A program made the translations under genes and the position numbers. This document shows positions 25,361 through 27,832 of a stretch of 27,832 nucleotides of DNA, piece after piece. The notes below the pieces were generated by a model. The model searched no databases. It saw only the letters and a program-made list of their open reading frames with translations, and was not told the DNA's origin. The number at the start of each line of letters is the position of its first letter. Position 1 is the first letter of the stretch. Origin of the DNA: an uncultured virus (IMG/VR IMGVR_UViG_3300032327_000778) (Duplodnaviria > Heunggongvirae > Uroviricota > Caudoviricetes); the IMG/VR virus record IMGVR_UViG_3300032327_000778; one strand, 5' to 3'.

Positions 25361-25431
25361 TTGAATCTCCTAAAAGCAAGATTATAGTGGGCAACGTGCC
25401 CGTGGTCACACAGCACCTAATTAGGCTGCTG
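25361..25431 (-). promoter_or_regulatory. ROSE-like RNA thermometer
   Basis: AATCTT(G)CT-TTT-AGGAGATT hairpin occludes the SD with a bulged G; two more hairpins lie upstream. Confidence 0.72.
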
Positions 25432-25441
25432 CAAAAAACTT

Positions 25442-25672
25442 TTACATACCCTCAATGTCTCTGCAATACTTACAAATAGGGTTATTGTCTAAGTCTGGAA
25501 TTAGTTTAAATTCCCAGCGCCCACAATGTGTGCATTGTGGGATTCCAGGTCCGCCTGACCTAGTTATTTCTTCAAAGCTAATACCTAGGTCTTCACATAC
25601 GGCAGTTAAGTCTTTTCGTGTGCCCAGTAGCTCACGAATAAGTTTATTATTTAGTTGGTTTGAAACGATCAT
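25442..25672 (-). CDS. Small Zn-finger protein
   Basis: CTHCG...ICKYC. Confidence 0.68.
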   Translation of the reverse strand: MIVSNQLNNKLIRELLGTRKDLTAVCEDLGISFEEITRSGGPGIPQCTHCGRWEFKLIPDLDNNPICKYCRDIEGM

Positions 25673-26153
25673 CTAGGTGTTTATGAGTTTTCTCAAATTC
25701 TAATAGAAACATAATACAACAAGCTGCATGGGCAAGATGGCTAAGACCCGACTCAGGGTCTTTATCTTCACCATCATTAAATGCCATTAAATGCCGCATT
25801 GCTGCGCTTAGTGGACGTGACCAAGCAAAACCGCCGCGCCAATTATGTGCTGCGTATTTTTCTTTGCCAAAAGCCATAACCATAGCTGTTTGCTCTAGGG
25901 CTTCACGACTTAGTAAATTCATTGGTGGCTTATCACTATCGTGTTTTACAGCCTCATCAGAAAATTTAACTACAGTAGCGGCTAATTTATTTACTTGATC
26001 AAGAGTAATTGTAGGAATACTAGGAATATTATCTTTCATTTTTTCAAAATCTTCTGCTGTAAGTGATTTAATGTATTCGCCCGGCTTCCAAGTATCTGTA
26101 CTATTTAAAAGTCCTTGTAACATTTCTGGTGTAATAATAGTAGTAGTTTCCAT
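25647..26153 (-). CDS. dATP/dGTP diphosphohydrolase domain protein (DUF5664-like)
   Basis: KHDSDK....LL, FG..KY..HNW..G, AAMRHL, GED.DPESGLSHLAHAACC..FL. Confidence 0.88.
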   Translation of the reverse strand: METTTIITPEMLQGLLNSTDTWKPGEYIKSLTAEDFEKMKDNIPSIPTITLDQVNKLAATVVKFSDEAVKHDSDKPPMNLLSREALEQTAMVMAFGKEKYAAHNWRGGFAWSRPLSAAMRHLMAFNDGEDKDPESGLSHLAHAACCIMFLLEFEKTHKHLDDRFKPTK

Positions 26154-26186
26154 AATTATTTTGTTTGTGTTGGTTGTGATTTTTAT

Positions 26187-26215
26187 ATTATATCAAAACT
26201 AAAATAAAAAATCAA
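26187..26215 (-). promoter_or_regulatory. sigma70-type promoter
   Basis: TTGATT-N17-TATAAT. Confidence 0.75.
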
Positions 26216-26421
26216 TATAATTTTTCAATAGGTTTTAACAAGGCTGGTACTGAGTTTTGTTTTTTTACGTTTGCTAAAAGCTCTTTTGGGATGTCGCTAA
26301 CAGGATTTAGCCCTTGTTGTTTGCGATATTCCATATAGGCTGGAAGCAGTTGAGTATTAATTAAATGTTCAAGTTTTTGAATGTATCGTTCTTGGGTATT
26401 TTGTTTTTGAGTTGGTAACAC
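26212..26421 (-). CDS. Hypothetical protein
   Basis: GTG start at 26421 after GGAGG; the longer ORF would span the promoter. Confidence 0.7.
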   Translation of the reverse strand: MLPTQKQNTQERYIQKLEHLINTQLLPAYMEYRKQQGLNPVSDIPKELLANVKKQNSVPALLKPIEKLY

Positions 26422-26442
26422 AGCAATCCTCCAATTTTTATT

Positions 26443-26471
26443 ATTATAACACAAAGGGCAAACATTGGCAA
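26443..26471 (-). promoter_or_regulatory. Leftward promoter of the divergent pair
   Basis: TTGCCA-N17-TATAAT with extended TGn. Confidence 0.8.
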
Positions 26472-26517
26472 CGCAAAAATTTTTGCCGTTGGCGCAGCAC
26501 CCCTGCAGAAAATTAAC

Positions 26518-26546
26518 TTGATTTTGCCAGGCCATTGTGTTATAAT
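26518..26546 (+). promoter_or_regulatory. Rightward promoter of the divergent pair
   Basis: TTGATT-N17-TATAAT with extended TGn. Confidence 0.8.
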
Positions 26547-26583
26547 TATTTATGTAAGATTTGGCACAAATTTAGGACATATA

Positions 26584-27018
26584 ATGATAAAATTCCTACT
26601 ACTGGGCCTGCTAGCACTTCCGCAATTACTTGATTCCGCTCCTATTCCTAGATCTTGGGTATATACCAACGAGACTGTTTGTTTGGCTAAAAACATCTAT
26701 CACGAGGCTCGCGGAGAATCTATTCGTGGAAAACTAGCTGTGGCCAAAGTTACCCTAAACCGTGTAGCCAGCGGTAAATTCAAAAATACAATTTGTGGTG
26801 TAGTATATCAGCGTGGGCAGTTTAGCTGGACCAATAGCAAGTATAAACCTATTCTAGACAATAATGCTTGGACAGAGAGTTTGCATTTAGCTAAACTGTT
26901 AATGCTAAATCCTGAACTAAGTAAAACTCCTGCTATGTACTACCATAACTTAACAGTTAAACCAAAGTGGCGGTTAGAACGCACAGATAAAATTGGCAAT
27001 CACGTATTCTACACTTAA
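26584..27018 (+). CDS. Cell wall hydrolase, SleB-like (Hydrolase_2), with signal peptide
   Basis: CLAKNIYHEARGE, VA.VTLNRV, TICGVVYQ..QFSW, IGNHVFY; ATG 26584 after AGGA. Confidence 0.92.
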   Translation: MIKFLLLGLLALPQLLDSAPIPRSWVYTNETVCLAKNIYHEARGESIRGKLAVAKVTLNRVASGKFKNTICGVVYQRGQFSWTNSKYKPILDNNAWTESLHLAKLLMLNPELSKTPAMYYHNLTVKPKWRLERTDKIGNHVFYT

Positions 27019-27029
27019 CCTGGACAAAA

Positions 27030-27710
27030 ATGCAAAAAGTTAAAACTATGTGGGCAACTCAGGACATTGACGGGCAGATAGCTTATATTGCCAGAGTCTC
27101 CAACCCTAAAAATCAAGATAATCCTAGTATTACCGGATTACTACAGTACATGATCAAACATGGTCATGTATCACCATTTGAAATGGCTAATGTATGCCTA
27201 GAAATTAATACTACACGTGATATTGCACGCCAAATCTTACGCCACCGTAGTTTTAGTTTTCAGGAGTTTTCACAGCGTTATGCTGATGTAAATAGCTTAG
27301 GCGAGTTAGAGCGTAGAGATTGTAGACTACAAGATCAGAAAAATCGTCAAAATTCACTGGAAATTGATTTGGGTGTAGATAAACAACGACAGCTTGCTTA
27401 TCAATGGGAAGTATTACAAGATGCACTAATCAAGAAAACTACTGAAGCGTACGAGTGGGCACTAGAGCAAGGTATAGCTAAGGAGCAGGCTCGGGCTATT
27501 CTGCCTGAGGGTCTAACTCCTAGCAGAATGTACATGAATGGTACTATACGTAGTTGGATATTCTACCTACAACAACGACTAGATTCTACCACGCAAAAAG
27601 AACACCGCGAATTAGCGGAACTAGTGTTACAACAACTTAGAGCAGTTGCACCTATTACTATTGGGGCTTTCTTTCCGCAAGTACTTGCAGAAGAAGATTT
27701 TAGTCTTTAA
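27030..27710 (+). CDS. thyX: Flavin-dependent thymidylate synthase
   Basis: HVSPFE, RQILRHRSFSFQEFSQRY (RHRx7S), EQARAILP, QKEHR. Confidence 0.96.
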   Translation: MQKVKTMWATQDIDGQIAYIARVSNPKNQDNPSITGLLQYMIKHGHVSPFEMANVCLEINTTRDIARQILRHRSFSFQEFSQRYADVNSLGELERRDCRLQDQKNRQNSLEIDLGVDKQRQLAYQWEVLQDALIKKTTEAYEWALEQGIAKEQARAILPEGLTPSRMYMNGTIRSWIFYLQQRLDSTTQKEHRELAELVLQQLRAVAPITIGAFFPQVLAEEDFSL

Positions 27711-27712
27711 AC

Positions 27713-27741
27713 TTGAACACAGTCCTAGTCTGTGATATAAT
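27713..27741 (+). promoter_or_regulatory. sigma70-type promoter
   Basis: TTGAAC-N17-TATAAT. Confidence 0.65.
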
Positions 27742-27743
27742 AT

Positions 27744-27832
27744 ATGAATGTAGTAATTTATACAAAAGATTTTGAGCCAATCAACGTGATAGACTTACCA
27801 CTATCATTACTAGATGATATGGAACGAAAAGG
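27744..27832 (+). CDS. Partial hypothetical protein (runs off the window)
   Basis: MNVVIYTKDFEPINVIDLPLSLLDDMERK..., open to the window end. Confidence 0.55.
   Translation, partial: MNVVIYTKDFEPINVIDLPLSLLDDMERK

Noticed and set aside
1..27832. CRISPR array, IS element, intron or intein
   Set aside because: No regularly spaced repeats, transposase or homing endonuclease motifs were seen, and pol and the helicases are uninterrupted.

Overview
Fragment of a T5-like (Demerecviridae-type) lytic phage genome, transcribed almost entirely on the minus strand up to a divergent promoter pair at about 26.5 kb. Positions 1-11.4 kb hold the T5-type replication module: D10 helicase, family A polymerase, primase, D6 helicase, D5, split NAD-dependent ligase, PC4-like protein, D2 and D3. 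Positions 12.7-26.2 kb are an accessory/tRNA region with eight tRNAs and a circularly permuted (two-piece) tmRNA, tag ANDEVFALAA, directly upstream of a ClpP-like protease. The same region has a four-gene fibre/collagen-like cassette with a highly structured leader and several glycosyltransferase- and methyltransferase-like genes wedged against tRNAs. It also has a rubredoxin missing from the ORF track, UvsE, an sHsp with a ROSE-like RNA thermometer, a DUF5664-type diphosphohydrolase and a candidate unclassified CCA-ending ncRNA. The plus strand at the right end carries a SleB-like hydrolase and ThyX. Thirteen near-consensus sigma70 promoters (TTGNNN-N17-TATAAT) are visible. All family calls come from motif recognition by eye; no database search was run.
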